A stretch of 64,000 bases of DNA from the IMG/VR virus record IMGVR_UViG_3300030372_004205, positions 1-64,000 of that record; one strand, written 5' to 3'. Below, piece after piece: positions 9,616-21,058 of the stretch; position 1 is the stretch's first letter; each line of letters starts with the position of its first letter. Made by a program: the position numbers and the translations under genes. The notes beneath the pieces are model-generated. The model was given only the letters and a program-made list of their open reading frames with translations, searched no databases and had not been told where the DNA came from. This DNA is from an uncultured virus (IMG/VR IMGVR_UViG_3300030372_004205). Lineage: Duplodnaviria > Heunggongvirae > Uroviricota > Caudoviricetes > Crassvirales.

Positions 9616-11103
9616 TTATGATATTGTTATTAATTCATTTAAGTCGCACACCATTATAGTGTCTTTTGTTCCCCAGGAATCAACAGCAGCTGTTCCGGTG
9701 ATCGTGTAAATATGGTTCCCACCTGATATAACACCAGTGAGGCTGTGCATTTTGATTTTTGTTCCACCATTATCATTTGGAATTGAGTTTGTCCAATCAG
9801 AAATAGTGCTATCAGTGTTTGACCAAACAGGTATAATACTACCACCTCCTTTTGCAGACACAGTTCCATCAGTAGTTACCTCTACAGTAAAATCCAATGT
9901 TGTTGTTATGTTTCTAATTTTATCAAATTTCTCAGAACTTGAATTAGCTAAACCATTTTCAAGCTTCCAGTGATCAAATGGGTTAGCTGCATTAAAAAGT
10001 ACACCACTAATAGACGTATCATATTTCACGGTGTGATTACGACCTGGATAATCAACTGTAAACCTAAGTGTTGTTAATATATTTCTCTTAAACTGAGTTA
10101 ATACATGCTCCTCTTGTGTTTCAAGATAGTACTTCAAAGGATTAGGATTAACGAATGAGTCGTAGACATCTTCGTCTCTAGTTATCGAATGAAGCCTAAC
10201 AACATGCTTCTGTTCAGCTGATGTTTCTCCAAACTTCTGTGATAGATTTACAAAACCGCTACTTGGTATAACACCTCTATGGGCCTTAATTTTTCTTCCA
10301 TCATTAAACGTAACAACATCTGGACTATCTGCGGTACTAAGATTTTCAAGGGGTTTTTTGTGCCTATAACCACCATTAGCGTTTACGTTGTTTAAAACAG
10401 ACTCTTCTTCAGTATTAACAACATTTCCATTAGCATCAACATACTCTGTTAGTTTATTTACCTCTACAACAAACTCTCTACCCACGTCACCGTATATTTT
10501 TAATATTCTGATTTCACCGTTAGCTGATAATTGACTACTACCAGCATCAACAAAACCAATTCTCCAATTTAGATTATTTTTAATCGGATCAGGGTTTCGT
10601 AATAAATGCTCTTTTGGTGAAATATTAAATCTTAAATTATCACTTTTCGTAACACCTCTATCTGCTTTATATTTTAAGTCGTATTCGAATGACAATATTT
10701 TTCCAGTACTAGGGTCTTTTGTGGTTTTTACTAACTCCATTTTTAAACAATTTCTAACATCCATTTCTGGTATAGAAAAAATATCTTCTGGTGATAATGA
10801 TGGAGATGAGGTAAAAGAAGACGGTGCGTGTGAACCCGTGCCATCAAATAATTGTTCTATTTTTAAAGTAGCTATTTTAAAAAACTTATTATACGGTACT
10901 CTACCCTGTATTCTAACTATATTCGATTGATTCTGATTACCACTGTTCTCAACAACATGGTTACTAACACCACCATTAATAGTATTAACACCAGTAATAG
11001 TAACAATCACAGGCGCATTAGTGTAGTGAGTTATTAGTTCAATTAAAGCTCCGTTATCAGGAGCAATAAGACCGCGTGTAAGTGAAGGATTAGTTAGTTC
11101 CAT
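9616..11103 (-). CDS. Putative tail protein
   Basis: 495 aa, beta-rich, in tail cluster. Confidence 0.55.
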   Translation of the reverse strand: MELTNPSLTRGLIAPDNGALIELITHYTNAPVIVTITGVNTINGGVSNHVVENSGNQNQSNIVRIQGRVPYNKFFKIATLKIEQLFDGTGSHAPSSFTSSPSLSPEDIFSIPEMDVRNCLKMELVKTTKDPSTGKILSFEYDLKYKADRGVTKSDNLRFNISPKEHLLRNPDPIKNNLNWRIGFVDAGSSQLSANGEIRILKIYGDVGREFVVEVNKLTEYVDANGNVVNTEEESVLNNVNANGGYRHKKPLENLSTADSPDVVTFNDGRKIKAHRGVIPSSGFVNLSQKFGETSAEQKHVVRLHSITRDEDVYDSFVNPNPLKYYLETQEEHVLTQFKRNILTTLRFTVDYPGRNHTVKYDTSISGVLFNAANPFDHWKLENGLANSSSEKFDKIRNITTTLDFTVEVTTDGTVSAKGGGSIIPVWSNTDSTISDWTNSIPNDNGGTKIKMHSLTGVISGGNHIYTITGTAAVDSWGTKDTIMVCDLNELITIS

Positions 11104-11105
11104 AA

Positions 11106-12500
11106 TTAGGTTGTTTCTCCATTTATATTAATATTTAAATCATATGTTACACTTGGATCAGTTACGTTACCCTCTAGTAACATAGGTTTAATATCCATTA
11201 GTATATATATATCAGGTGGATTATCACCCGGTACATAATCTTCTAACCCATTAACAGTAATCTCTACTTTATTATTAACCCAATCATACGGAGATAATCC
11301 ATATGTTGACAAATTATCTATATCATCCTGTGCAACATCAGGAACATCGTAGTTTACTAAGGTTGGGTTAGAGCCCACATTTCCTGGATTAGCTTCTGAA
11401 ATAACATCTCTTATAACAAGAGAGCTAATAATATCACTAACTTGAACATAACCATTCTCATAACCCAAGAAAACTATTGGGTTTGAGTATGTTGTAGATT
11501 TACTTGTTTCGTCAGTGGTACTAATACTACCGGGATATGAAAAATTATGTCTAGATAGGGAGTGTAGTGGATTTCCCCCTTGAAGAGGGGTTGCGGGAGA
11601 ATATATAAACCTCATAGCACCCGCTGTATTTCCTACATTGCTTGGGAATCCATCTCCTAGTGCGCTACCCCAGTGAGGTGGAGTACCACCACCCATTACA
11701 CCACCAAACCAAAAAGTAAGTATCGTTCTTACCCCTAAACCAGCAACAGAGGTTGGATAACCCGATTCACCTAAAACCCACGTATCTGTATCGTCAGGGG
11801 ATGTCATGAACGCTTTATTAACACTCCAATACGTTGCACCGTTATCTAAATTACTCGTGCCAGTTGTAGATCCAGATCCCATAACACCGCTTACGGTCCA
11901 ATTTTTTAAATGACAGTATGAGGGTGGATTTAAGTCACCACTTCCCCAAGTTTCAACACCCAGTGGGGGTATTTGGGCGAGCTGTGAGCTCATAGCTGCG
12001 TTAATTTGATTATAATCGCTAGGCATATCTATACCTGTCATTGTAGGTAATGCTCCACATATTGCAACTTGAAAGTGTGTTGGAGTATTTGTTTGAGTAT
12101 AGTTAATAGCCTCTTGGGCATCACCATCTATATCTAAAACAATACTAGTGTCTTGTGAGGGAACGTAGTCATCTTTAAAAATAACAGTTACTTTAACAGT
12201 GTTATTCTCTACCCCTATTCCATCGCTATCTTGAAACCAAACCTCATCTACTTCATCGGGTAGATTTATACCGTCATCTAAGGTCCTAAACTTTCTAGTT
12301 GTTACTGTATATTCCCCAAGTACTTCAGTTGTTTCGAAAAATGGCTCACCTCCACTAATGCTAAAGAAAGAAGCTTGAACATGGTGTGATGATGTTGAGG
12401 CCTCAATTCTTAGTAGAGCATTAGAAACACCTGCAACTTCAAAATCATTAGGCGAGTCTTTTATCTCGTTCGTTTGTGTTATTATATAGTTTACAGCCAT
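11106..12500 (-). CDS. Putative tail/fibre-associated protein
   Basis: 464 aa, G/S/T/N-rich, follows the nozzle gene. Confidence 0.55.
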   Translation of the reverse strand: MAVNYIITQTNEIKDSPNDFEVAGVSNALLRIEASTSSHHVQASFFSISGGEPFFETTEVLGEYTVTTRKFRTLDDGINLPDEVDEVWFQDSDGIGVENNTVKVTVIFKDDYVPSQDTSIVLDIDGDAQEAINYTQTNTPTHFQVAICGALPTMTGIDMPSDYNQINAAMSSQLAQIPPLGVETWGSGDLNPPSYCHLKNWTVSGVMGSGSTTGTSNLDNGATYWSVNKAFMTSPDDTDTWVLGESGYPTSVAGLGVRTILTFWFGGVMGGGTPPHWGSALGDGFPSNVGNTAGAMRFIYSPATPLQGGNPLHSLSRHNFSYPGSISTTDETSKSTTYSNPIVFLGYENGYVQVSDIISSLVIRDVISEANPGNVGSNPTLVNYDVPDVAQDDIDNLSTYGLSPYDWVNNKVEITVNGLEDYVPGDNPPDIYILMDIKPMLLEGNVTDPSVTYDLNININGETT

Positions 12501-12503
12501 GTG

Positions 12504-15500
12504 TTAATCGTTTGGATTGTTAATCATATCACCGGTTACGTTTACTGTAACCTCAGTAGCAGATGTTGATACTGTACTATTGTTAGCTGCTATTCCTAAA
12601 CCCTGCGTGTTGAATTCAGCTGAATCAGGCCTAGCCTTATCTGTCTTACCACTTATCTTATTAAACCATTTTCCCTCTTTATTTATAAATTCAGGAATAT
12701 AACCAATATCATTACTATCTGTTTTGAAACTAGTTACCTCCCAACCTATCTTATCATAGTAATTATAAAATTGTCCATCACTAACTGTTATAGCGCCATT
12801 AGGTGTATCTACATATTCTTGAGTTGATTTTATAACCTTAGATTGAGACCCTTCATACTTCATAGTTTTAAATAACTTTATAGTGCTAGGCATATCATTA
12901 AATATAACCTTAAAACTACTTGGTGTAAAATCTCCGTAAAAAGTGTTTCTACCAACACCACTAGCATGATGTTCGTATATTTTATTATTTAAACCTGTAA
13001 AATACTTACCACCAACACTAACACCATTTTGTGGTATAAAAGATCTAAAACTAACCCATCCCTTAGAGTTTTCGTTAAATGCTATTGTTGTCTCTGTATC
13101 TTTTAATGTTAAATTGTATTCACCGTTGATAGTATCAAAAGTTCCTAAGAGCGTTTTAGATCTATCTAGGTTTTCTCTAAACCAAGTTTTCATGCCCACA
13201 TTCGATATAGGTGTTAAACCGTCTCCAGATAGCCTTAAAACAGCTCCTCGCTGCATATCCGTAAAGTATAATCTATATTGATCCCAAGCTAATGATTCTG
13301 GATTTTTAGATATTCCATAATCTCCAGCAAAAGGAATTGAAGTTCCTAAAACTCTATTTGTAGCTATCAACTGTGGGTTACCATCTGCATTAAATACAGC
13401 GTCTTTGTTAGCAATAACTTTTAATATCTTATCTTCAGTTAATACAACAACATCGTTATTCCTTGTTTTTAAAGCTTGAATAGAACCATAAGACGTATTA
13501 ATATCTTTAGTTATCTTTTCAGCCATATTGAATTCATTCAAATCGTTAACTCCAGATGAAGAATTATATATACCAGAATATATCATTCCATTCGACTTTG
13601 TTTCTTCACCATAATCTAAAAATGTAGTAGAAACTTTCACCCCGTTATCAATTTGTGGAGCATTAAAATCATCTCGTATTCTATCTGATTCAACACCGTT
13701 TCCAAAAGAATAACAATTATTCCAACCCAATCTTATAGGATATTTATACACATTGGAATCTATCTCATAATAACCAGTTGGACTTCCTCCAAAAGTTACT
13801 GGATATACATTGTTTACAAAATCCATTAAATCTCCATCACCCGTAATCCAGGATGTGTCTGACAACGTTATTATATTTTGATTTTTGAAAGTTATTGTTA
13901 CTCCAGGTGGCACACCTTGTCCAACAACAGAATCACCTATATTTATAAGGTCTATAGTCTCACCAAGTGCATTCTGTTGTGTCGCATTACCATCACCACT
14001 CTGTATAACTATAGCTGCATATCCACCTATATTTTGAACTGATATGTTTGAGCTTATAGAGTTAGCTCTAGTGTAAATAGCTTCTTCTATATTAGAAACC
14101 GAACCATCAGATAAAAGTTGTGTGTCTTGGTGTGGACGTACGTACGCTGTTATTTTAGATGTTGTTAGTGTACCATCCGGATGGTGAAAAACTATAAAGT
14201 CTCCAATAAGAAAATCTTTAGCGTGTAAAATCACGTCGTTGTATTGTTCCACATCAGTGGAGCTAATTGCTATAATAGAAGAATTAGATGTATACCCAAT
14301 ACCTGAAACATGATGATCAACATAACCCTCTGTTAAAGTTTTATTAACAAAACCAATATATTCAGGTCCATATGTAGAATAAGTTGCTAAGCCGGCGTTT
14401 AGGTTGACTTGTGTTCCATCGTACCATTTTCTACATGTAACCTTAGCATTATATGGTGCAAACTGAACTGTATTTTCTCTATTCAATACCATTGGGATAG
14501 CATTAGATGCTTCGTAATATATATCTAAACCAACATCTTCTTTTGGTTCTGTCTCCCAACAAGCTCCACTTGCTGTAGGGATATATTTTTCTCCATCACT
14601 CTTAGCCTTCTTAACAATTTGTAATCTCATTACTTCTCTACCATCATGGCATATTTGACCTCTTGGATCAAATATATTAGGATCAATACCTCTAGTACCA
14701 TTATCAACAAGCTCACCGTTTGCTTTATTAACTAATCTAAATTCTATTCTAATACCATCTCTTTTACAATAAGGCTCTTGCTCTTGGTCGTTATTGGTAG
14801 AAAAATTTACGCCAAACCACCCTGTATCTACCACGTCTTCATTAAAACAAGGTCCACCACAACCAGCGCCAACCGGTTGGTTGGAAAATATATTATATAT
14901 ACTACTGTCATCTATAGTGGCCTGTTGACCCGTGTCTTCATTACCATCACCAGTACATTTGTTAAAACTATGTCCTTTTCGATAGTACTCATATGTTGAA
15001 CCAGTTGTTACAACTCTATATACATTAGCATCAGGATCGTCCGCAAAGCTAAATTCAGTGCCTTCTTGAGATATATAATTAGCAAATGTTCCTCCTTCAT
15101 TAACATCAGTTGAGTCGTAGTTAAAACCATCTTTATTTTGAACTCCAAATTGTATTCTACCTAAGTCTCCACCTATTACAGGTGGAATATTACCACAACC
15201 ACTTGGGTCTCCTTGATCTAAAGCTGTTGGTTTGTAATACGTTGATGATCTGACAGCATCTCCATCATCAATAAAATCATCACTGCCCTCACTACCGCCA
15301 ACACTCATTACTACTTTTCTAGCTCTAGCTCCATCGATAAATATCCTTGCATTAATTCTAGGTCCAGCGTTTTGCTTAAACCACCTCCAATACTCTTTTG
15401 TTTCGTCCGCTCTATTCAACCATGTTGTAGTTGGGTCTCCCGCGGTTGTTGTTCCCTCGTCGCCACCTTTGCAACCCAATGCAAACCATCTAACTTGGTT

Positions 15501-18500
15501 TTCGTTTTCAATACCGTTATCTTGGTTGCTTGTTATAGCAGCTATATTTGCGCCATTGGGGTTACCACCGGTATCGTCTCCTTGTGCTGCAACACCACTA
15601 TCGTCTCCCCATGTATAATCTTTTCTTGGACCTGTTAAGCCAGGATTTGTTCCAACTGTATCTATATAAGCTATATTGTATGTCGCTATAGGATCGTAAT
15701 CTTCGCTACCTTCAGTATATTTTAGTACTTTCTTTTCTAAAACATCATCTCTTTGTAATTTTACAAAAAACTTACCATCAAATTCAGGTTTATTTTCTAC
15801 TACATCTTCTTTAAACTCTAAAAAATACTTTATACCAGTAACAGTATTACCAAAACCCGAGGCAACAAACTTGTCATACATGTCGGCGTCTTCACCAAAG
15901 GGTTTACTCCAGTGAACCCTAGCCCAACCATCATCATCTGATTTTTTATTTTTAAAATGTGTACAAACAACCCAACCACTATGCTTAACAGCTCCATCAT
16001 CTCCAATACTCGCAACAACTCTAACATATAAAGTTCCTTGTTTTTCGTATGTTGATAGAAACCCGTCCCAATCTCCAGCTGGGATTTTTAATGATGTTTC
16101 TTCCATTAACTTTAGCGGAGATGTTGTTTCTGGTGTGGGTGAAGCCTCTAAAAACATAAACTCCCAGGAACCCTCTAACAATGGAACTTTACCCATTATT
16201 CTTCTATCTATCTTTATATCATCTGGGGCTTCATTTTCTATCGCTATAACCTTATACCTAGCATCTTCTAAAACAGGTATTTCAGTGCCATGTTCATTTT
16301 TTAATAGTAAATAGGTGTCTTGTGTTACCTTATTTCTATCAGCTGAATTAAACGAAACCCAAACGTTACCATCTTCAGCGTCATACCACTTATCCATTAC
16401 CATGTTATAGTATTCGTTAGATGTTTCTTTAACGTAATACTTAACGTAATCCATCCATTCTTCAGGTATACCTGCGCTACCAGTTGGACTCTCCCACGTT
16501 TGTGTTAATTCAAATAAGTTTTGCTTGTCTGCTAAAGACTTGGGTATATTAACATCTGGATCAGCTACTACGTAATCATCTGGATTATCTACATTAATGT
16601 AACTTGGTGATACAACAGGTGTTTCTCTACCATATTTATCTCCAAATACTAAACCAAATTTATATTTTCTAATTGACTTTACTGATTTTTGAGGAGCTGT
16701 TATTGATGCTGTTGACAAACTTTTTATTGTTTGCCCCAACCCAACACTATCCCTTATAGAATAACCTTGAGTATAATTACCATAAACCAATCTATTACCA
16801 ACAATTTCTTGAGCTTTAGCATATCTAGGAACATTATCCCAAGCTCTTAGTGTTTGATTTGCTGGCAAAGCTTTGTGTATCATTTCTGAAGTTATAGAAA
16901 ATTTACCAAAAACATTATTAGTGTTTACGTTAGATGGTGTAAATAAATCCCATTCTGGATCTCTTTTTCTAGTTACAGTTTTAACAACATAAACATTAGG
17001 TTCATTTGCTCTTTTGTACAATATGTCTACAGCTTTAACGTCGTCTGGCCTTGTTCTAATATGTGGTATAAAATCTTTTATAGCTAACTCTCTCAAGTTA
17101 TTTACCATACCTAGATTGTAACCCTTTTTATGTGTATAGTCAAAGTTACCAGGCAAGAAAGCTAATTCAGACCAAGGACCAAAACTAGAATACTCACCAT
17201 CTTCATAGAGATACCTATAGGCAAATCTACCAAGTTTTAATTCAAATAGTGGTTTAGATTGTTGTAGTGAAACAGTATACATTGGAACTGTTTCTGGGGC
17301 TGCTTCTAATGATCCGGTAACAGAAAGTATAGTTAAAGATATAGACAAACCACCACCACCAGCGGTGTTTCCTGAATTAGCAATTGTTCCATAAGAATCT
17401 CCTAATGATATGTTGTCAATAGTTCCAACGATAACAGCTCTTGGTCCCGTTGTTTGTTGGGTGAATGTTAATATATCATTTATTCTATAATCAGCGTTTG
17501 CCCACACCATACTATTTATTGTTAACTCAACTCCTTGCTCTACCATAGGGGTGTCATCGTCAATTTGATCATTTGTTGACGTAAAATCAAATTGTATGTT
17601 TTGAAATGTTGTTGATGTTTCTCTAGTTGTATTACTCATTTCTAGAGTTGGAGCCGTTCTAGGCGCTTTACGTATAACTGTTAAATGCTCTTCTTTTAAA
17701 GCACTATTAACACTTGGTGATATAGTATATTCTAAATCTGTTAATTCAACCAAGTTGTCTCCAGACGAAGGGTCTTTCAACATTAATCTAGTGTGAGCTC
17801 TTAATCCAGATTCTCCTTGTTGATAAGAACTACCCTCTTTACATCTTTTAATATTTACCTTTTTTGGCTCTGTTATATTGTCTGTCCAAAACAACATACC
17901 ATCCATAATATTAATACCTGTTATAATAAGAGGTCTATTTGTTTTAGGGTCCGTGGAGTTGAACTTTAATACACTATCTCTAGACGTTTTCACAACTAAA
18001 CCTTGAGAAGCGTTAGCTGGAAGATTAATAACTTGTACATCGTAAAGTGATATCGATTGATTTGCTCCAGAGTATTGTATGTTTTGTATAACAGAATCAA
18101 CAAGTACAATTTCACTTGTTATATCAATTACTTGAAACCTCATTCCTACCTCATATAGAGTTGCATCTAAAACCCTAAGTTTTTGCCAAGGTTCATCCCA
18201 ACCACCATCAAGAGGTTGAAGTGATCCATTAGGACTACTAGTAGATCCAAATACCATGTTGTAACTTGTTACAGTTCCATACCAGTCAACAACAACTGGC
18301 GTTGATGTAGCAGCTCCAGTTGCAAAACCAGAATCAACTTCTATAATACTATTAACAAAATAAGCAACACTATCGTCTTTAGCAATAGCTTTCATCTGAG
18401 TGTTTGTTAGTGCTGATAAATTTGCTCCAGCTACTAAATGATATGATTTGTTATTTTTTTCGTCAGCGACACTAGCTATAATATTTGATAAAGGTAAAAC

Positions 18501-18716
18501 ATTCGCTGCGTTACCCACATTAGTAAAAGCTTTACCAACTTCTATATTACCCTTTAGATTTTGTATGGTACCAACCTCTCCAACGCCTCCACTATCAGCA
18601 TCAGTAGTTCTGACCTGAATGTTCATAGCATCCCTATATTGACCGTTAGGAACAAGTCTCTCATCGAGATCTTTGTTCATCTTTCCGTCCTGAAAAGTAT
18701 GTTTAATCTCTGGCAT
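12504..18716 (-). CDS. Tail stabilization/nozzle protein (crAss muzzle / P22 gp10-like)
   Basis: 2070 aa; N-terminal GKMNKDLDERLVPNGQYRDAMNI and C-terminal YGISKNPES...FTDMQRGAVLRLS...KEGKWF, typical of this family in Bacteroidota podoviruses. Confidence 0.75.
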   Translation of the reverse strand: MPEIKHTFQDGKMNKDLDERLVPNGQYRDAMNIQVRTTDADSGGVGEVGTIQNLKGNIEVGKAFTNVGNAANVLPLSNIIASVADEKNNKSYHLVAGANLSALTNTQMKAIAKDDSVAYFVNSIIEVDSGFATGAATSTPVVVDWYGTVTSYNMVFGSTSSPNGSLQPLDGGWDEPWQKLRVLDATLYEVGMRFQVIDITSEIVLVDSVIQNIQYSGANQSISLYDVQVINLPANASQGLVVKTSRDSVLKFNSTDPKTNRPLIITGINIMDGMLFWTDNITEPKKVNIKRCKEGSSYQQGESGLRAHTRLMLKDPSSGDNLVELTDLEYTISPSVNSALKEEHLTVIRKAPRTAPTLEMSNTTRETSTTFQNIQFDFTSTNDQIDDDTPMVEQGVELTINSMVWANADYRINDILTFTQQTTGPRAVIVGTIDNISLGDSYGTIANSGNTAGGGGLSISLTILSVTGSLEAAPETVPMYTVSLQQSKPLFELKLGRFAYRYLYEDGEYSSFGPWSELAFLPGNFDYTHKKGYNLGMVNNLRELAIKDFIPHIRTRPDDVKAVDILYKRANEPNVYVVKTVTRKRDPEWDLFTPSNVNTNNVFGKFSITSEMIHKALPANQTLRAWDNVPRYAKAQEIVGNRLVYGNYTQGYSIRDSVGLGQTIKSLSTASITAPQKSVKSIRKYKFGLVFGDKYGRETPVVSPSYINVDNPDDYVVADPDVNIPKSLADKQNLFELTQTWESPTGSAGIPEEWMDYVKYYVKETSNEYYNMVMDKWYDAEDGNVWVSFNSADRNKVTQDTYLLLKNEHGTEIPVLEDARYKVIAIENEAPDDIKIDRRIMGKVPLLEGSWEFMFLEASPTPETTSPLKLMEETSLKIPAGDWDGFLSTYEKQGTLYVRVVASIGDDGAVKHSGWVVCTHFKNKKSDDDGWARVHWSKPFGEDADMYDKFVASGFGNTVTGIKYFLEFKEDVVENKPEFDGKFFVKLQRDDVLEKKVLKYTEGSEDYDPIATYNIAYIDTVGTNPGLTGPRKDYTWGDDSGVAAQGDDTGGNPNGANIAAITSNQDNGIENENQVRWFALGCKGGDEGTTTAGDPTTTWLNRADETKEYWRWFKQNAGPRINARIFIDGARARKVVMSVGGSEGSDDFIDDGDAVRSSTYYKPTALDQGDPSGCGNIPPVIGGDLGRIQFGVQNKDGFNYDSTDVNEGGTFANYISQEGTEFSFADDPDANVYRVVTTGSTYEYYRKGHSFNKCTGDGNEDTGQQATIDDSSIYNIFSNQPVGAGCGGPCFNEDVVDTGWFGVNFSTNNDQEQEPYCKRDGIRIEFRLVNKANGELVDNGTRGIDPNIFDPRGQICHDGREVMRLQIVKKAKSDGEKYIPTASGACWETEPKEDVGLDIYYEASNAIPMVLNRENTVQFAPYNAKVTCRKWYDGTQVNLNAGLATYSTYGPEYIGFVNKTLTEGYVDHHVSGIGYTSNSSIIAISSTDVEQYNDVILHAKDFLIGDFIVFHHPDGTLTTSKITAYVRPHQDTQLLSDGSVSNIEEAIYTRANSISSNISVQNIGGYAAIVIQSGDGNATQQNALGETIDLINIGDSVVGQGVPPGVTITFKNQNIITLSDTSWITGDGDLMDFVNNVYPVTFGGSPTGYYEIDSNVYKYPIRLGWNNCYSFGNGVESDRIRDDFNAPQIDNGVKVSTTFLDYGEETKSNGMIYSGIYNSSSGVNDLNEFNMAEKITKDINTSYGSIQALKTRNNDVVVLTEDKILKVIANKDAVFNADGNPQLIATNRVLGTSIPFAGDYGISKNPESLAWDQYRLYFTDMQRGAVLRLSGDGLTPISNVGMKTWFRENLDRSKTLLGTFDTINGEYNLTLKDTETTIAFNENSKGWVSFRSFIPQNGVSVGGKYFTGLNNKIYEHHASGVGRNTFYGDFTPSSFKVIFNDMPSTIKLFKTMKYEGSQSKVIKSTQEYVDTPNGAITVSDGQFYNYYDKIGWEVTSFKTDSNDIGYIPEFINKEGKWFNKISGKTDKARPDSAEFNTQGLGIAANNSTVSTSATEVTVNVTGDMINNPND

Positions 18717-18720
18717 AATA

Positions 18721-20028
18721 TTATTTTATTTGTTTACTTATCCCCTTAAGAACTTGAGTGAATTCCTCCATTTTAATATTAGATAATCTTATTTTTGCCT
18801 TTCTAGTTTCAGCAAATCTTTCTTTTTTAAATCTTTGAACTATATACTCTGGTATATTTGATCTAGTTGAAACTATACCATGAGCTATCCACTTGTATAC
18901 AGCTTCTTCAGCAAACTTATGAACAACCATTTCTTCATCTGTCCCTACTCCATCACTAACATATTTTAACACGATTGTTTCCCCAGCTAATGCAGATCCA
19001 AAGTGAATCATTCCTCTTAATGAATCTATATAGAAAGAACCATTTGTATGAGCGTGCTGTGGATCTAATCCATATCTTCTACCCATCATATCTATTTCAA
19101 CGTCAGTTGAATCATTTTGTTTAAATGTATCATTTATAGTTTGTGATTGATAACCAGTCCATGTTGTGCTTGAATTTTCTTCTTGTAAATCATTACCAGA
19201 GGCTGTACCAGAGCTAGATGTTGCCACCACAATACTACCCGTTCCACTACCATTCGAACCATTAGCTTTTCTAACAGTTTCGGTAGGGGTAGAAGACATA
19301 GTTTCTTTATAAACTATAGTAACTGTTGCCGTGGTACCAGCATCAGAATATGTAGCCGTGTGATGACCAAATTCATTTATAGCGTTAGCTAATCTAAGTG
19401 CAGATCCTCCAGGTGTTGTACCATCTACATCTATTCCCACAACAAATCCCTCTCCAGTGGGGTTTGTGTATTGATTAAGATTCGTACTATCTTTGTCAAA
19501 CCTAAAGTGTATTTGAGCATCTGCTCCACTAGCATTTTTGTAATACAAAGTGTAGTAGTCACCATCTGTAATCAAAGCCTCTACAGGTATAGTTATACTA
19601 ACGGTTCTAGGTGTAAACCCAAAATCATAATTATGTGAAAATGATCCAGGTTCACCATCTTGTTTTATTGGAAACGGATTAGATGTCCTACCCGTTGGAT
19701 ATAGAGTTCTTTCAATACCATCCGTACCCACTCTAGCTACTTTAGTGTAGTTTACATAGTCTTGAGGGAGTACCATTTTTAATGTATTAGGAACTGTTAT
19801 CTCTTGAGATTTAAATGATCGCAAGACATCATAAGATAATTCTTGTATTGCGCGTAAGGCGTGAAATCTAATAATATGATCTTCTGCTTTTTGAATTATT
19901 TTATTATTACCAACATAAAGAATTGTAAACGCATCTATTATATTTTGTAAAGTAACAAATTGATACTTACCATAATTATCACTTACATTATAGTAGGCTC
20001 TTTGAGTTTGACCGTCTAGTAATCCCAT
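18721..20028 (-). CDS. Tail ring/adaptor protein
   Basis: 435 aa, LPQDYVNY motif, upstream of the nozzle gene. Confidence 0.6.
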   Translation of the reverse strand: MGLLDGQTQRAYYNVSDNYGKYQFVTLQNIIDAFTILYVGNNKIIQKAEDHIIRFHALRAIQELSYDVLRSFKSQEITVPNTLKMVLPQDYVNYTKVARVGTDGIERTLYPTGRTSNPFPIKQDGEPGSFSHNYDFGFTPRTVSITIPVEALITDGDYYTLYYKNASGADAQIHFRFDKDSTNLNQYTNPTGEGFVVGIDVDGTTPGGSALRLANAINEFGHHTATYSDAGTTATVTIVYKETMSSTPTETVRKANGSNGSGTGSIVVATSSSGTASGNDLQEENSSTTWTGYQSQTINDTFKQNDSTDVEIDMMGRRYGLDPQHAHTNGSFYIDSLRGMIHFGSALAGETIVLKYVSDGVGTDEEMVVHKFAEEAVYKWIAHGIVSTRSNIPEYIVQRFKKERFAETRKAKIRLSNIKMEEFTQVLKGISKQIK

Positions 20029-20030
20029 AA

Positions 20031-20786
20031 TTAATTATTTTTTTCTACGTTCATAACTTGTTTCTCTTGTGCTGCCGCCTGCATTAAATCCGCTCTATAC
20101 AATGTTATACCAGCATATCCTAATATCTTATTTGTTAAATTTTGCATTTCAGAAGGATGTAGGAAGAAGTGCGTAGAGGCGGTTGTATTGAATAGTGCTT
20201 TATCATTTACAACCACATAACCCCATTTTGGAACTTGAGGTTCTTGATAATAATAGCAATTAACATTAATATTGGGTAGAGCTGGGGAAAAATTAAGCCT
20301 TCTTGTTCCATCAGTACTACCTACAGCGGTATAATAAGCGTATACGCGTTTGTGTTTAACTGGAAGTGTATCATCTGCATCAGATGGTTTTGTTAGTGGA
20401 TGCCTTGCTAAACGAAGTAAATCGCTTTTGTCATCAACTAAATCAATTCTTACATCATTTCCATCGTCTGTAAAAGAACCTCCTATATACATTGCATCAA
20501 TAAAAGCAACCTCATGAGGCACTATAGCTGTCGTAGTAATACTACTAAAAACCGCAGTAGCTTTATGAAATTGAAGTTTTTGATTCAACATCTCTTGTTC
20601 ATCAGAGTATTTTTTATTTGTTTTGGGTTTTGATGCCAATGTTTTGAAATCATCAAAATAACTAAAAAATATTTCGTTTGAAGCTTTTTGAGCATATAGA
20701 TTAAATTCTTGAGGTGTTATATAACCTCTTTGCTCTTTGTTAGATAGGGATAAAACTTGTTGATATATAGTATCTATGTTAATCAT
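20031..20786 (-). CDS. Head-tail adaptor / tail tubular protein
   Basis: 251 aa, NKEQRGYITPQEFN motif; synteny. Confidence 0.65.
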   Translation of the reverse strand: MINIDTIYQQVLSLSNKEQRGYITPQEFNLYAQKASNEIFFSYFDDFKTLASKPKTNKKYSDEQEMLNQKLQFHKATAVFSSITTTAIVPHEVAFIDAMYIGGSFTDDGNDVRIDLVDDKSDLLRLARHPLTKPSDADDTLPVKHKRVYAYYTAVGSTDGTRRLNFSPALPNINVNCYYYQEPQVPKWGYVVVNDKALFNTTASTHFFLHPSEMQNLTNKILGYAGITLYRADLMQAAAQEKQVMNVEKNN

Positions 20787-20949
20787 TGCTTATTGTTTTA
20801 TAAGGAAATTGGTTATTTAACCACTCCTTTCGTTTGTTACAACCACAGTCATCTACACCTATAGCTCTTGCGGCTATCTCAGTTAATGTTTTAATACCTG
20901 TTGCTGTTGTTATTTTTTCTATATCGTCTCCTAGACCTTTTGATTCCAT
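20779..20949 (-). CDS. Small hypothetical protein (SKGLGD...CGC..RKEWLN), 56 aa
   Basis: Hand-translated; lies just downstream of a late-type promoter motif. Confidence 0.7.
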   Translation of the reverse strand: MESKGLGDDIEKITTATGIKTLTEIAARAIGVDDCGCNKRKEWLNNQFPYKTISND

Positions 20950-20970
20950 ATTAATATATTTTACTCTATT

Positions 20971-20999
20971 ATAGTTACATATTAAAGTGAAAGATTAGC
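20971..20999 (-). promoter_or_regulatory. Putative late promoter GCTAAT-N14-TGTAACTAT
   Basis: Recurring motif, directly after a terminator. Confidence 0.5.
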
Positions 21000-21002
21000 C
21001 CT

Positions 21003-21035
21003 AAATAAAAATAGCCACCCAAAATGAGTGGCTAT
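21003..21035 (-). terminator. Intrinsic terminator
   Basis: ATAGCCACTC-ATTTT-GGGTGGCTAT hairpin followed by TTTTATTT on the minus strand. Confidence 0.75.
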
Positions 21036-21058
21036 AATTATCTGATTAAAAAGATATA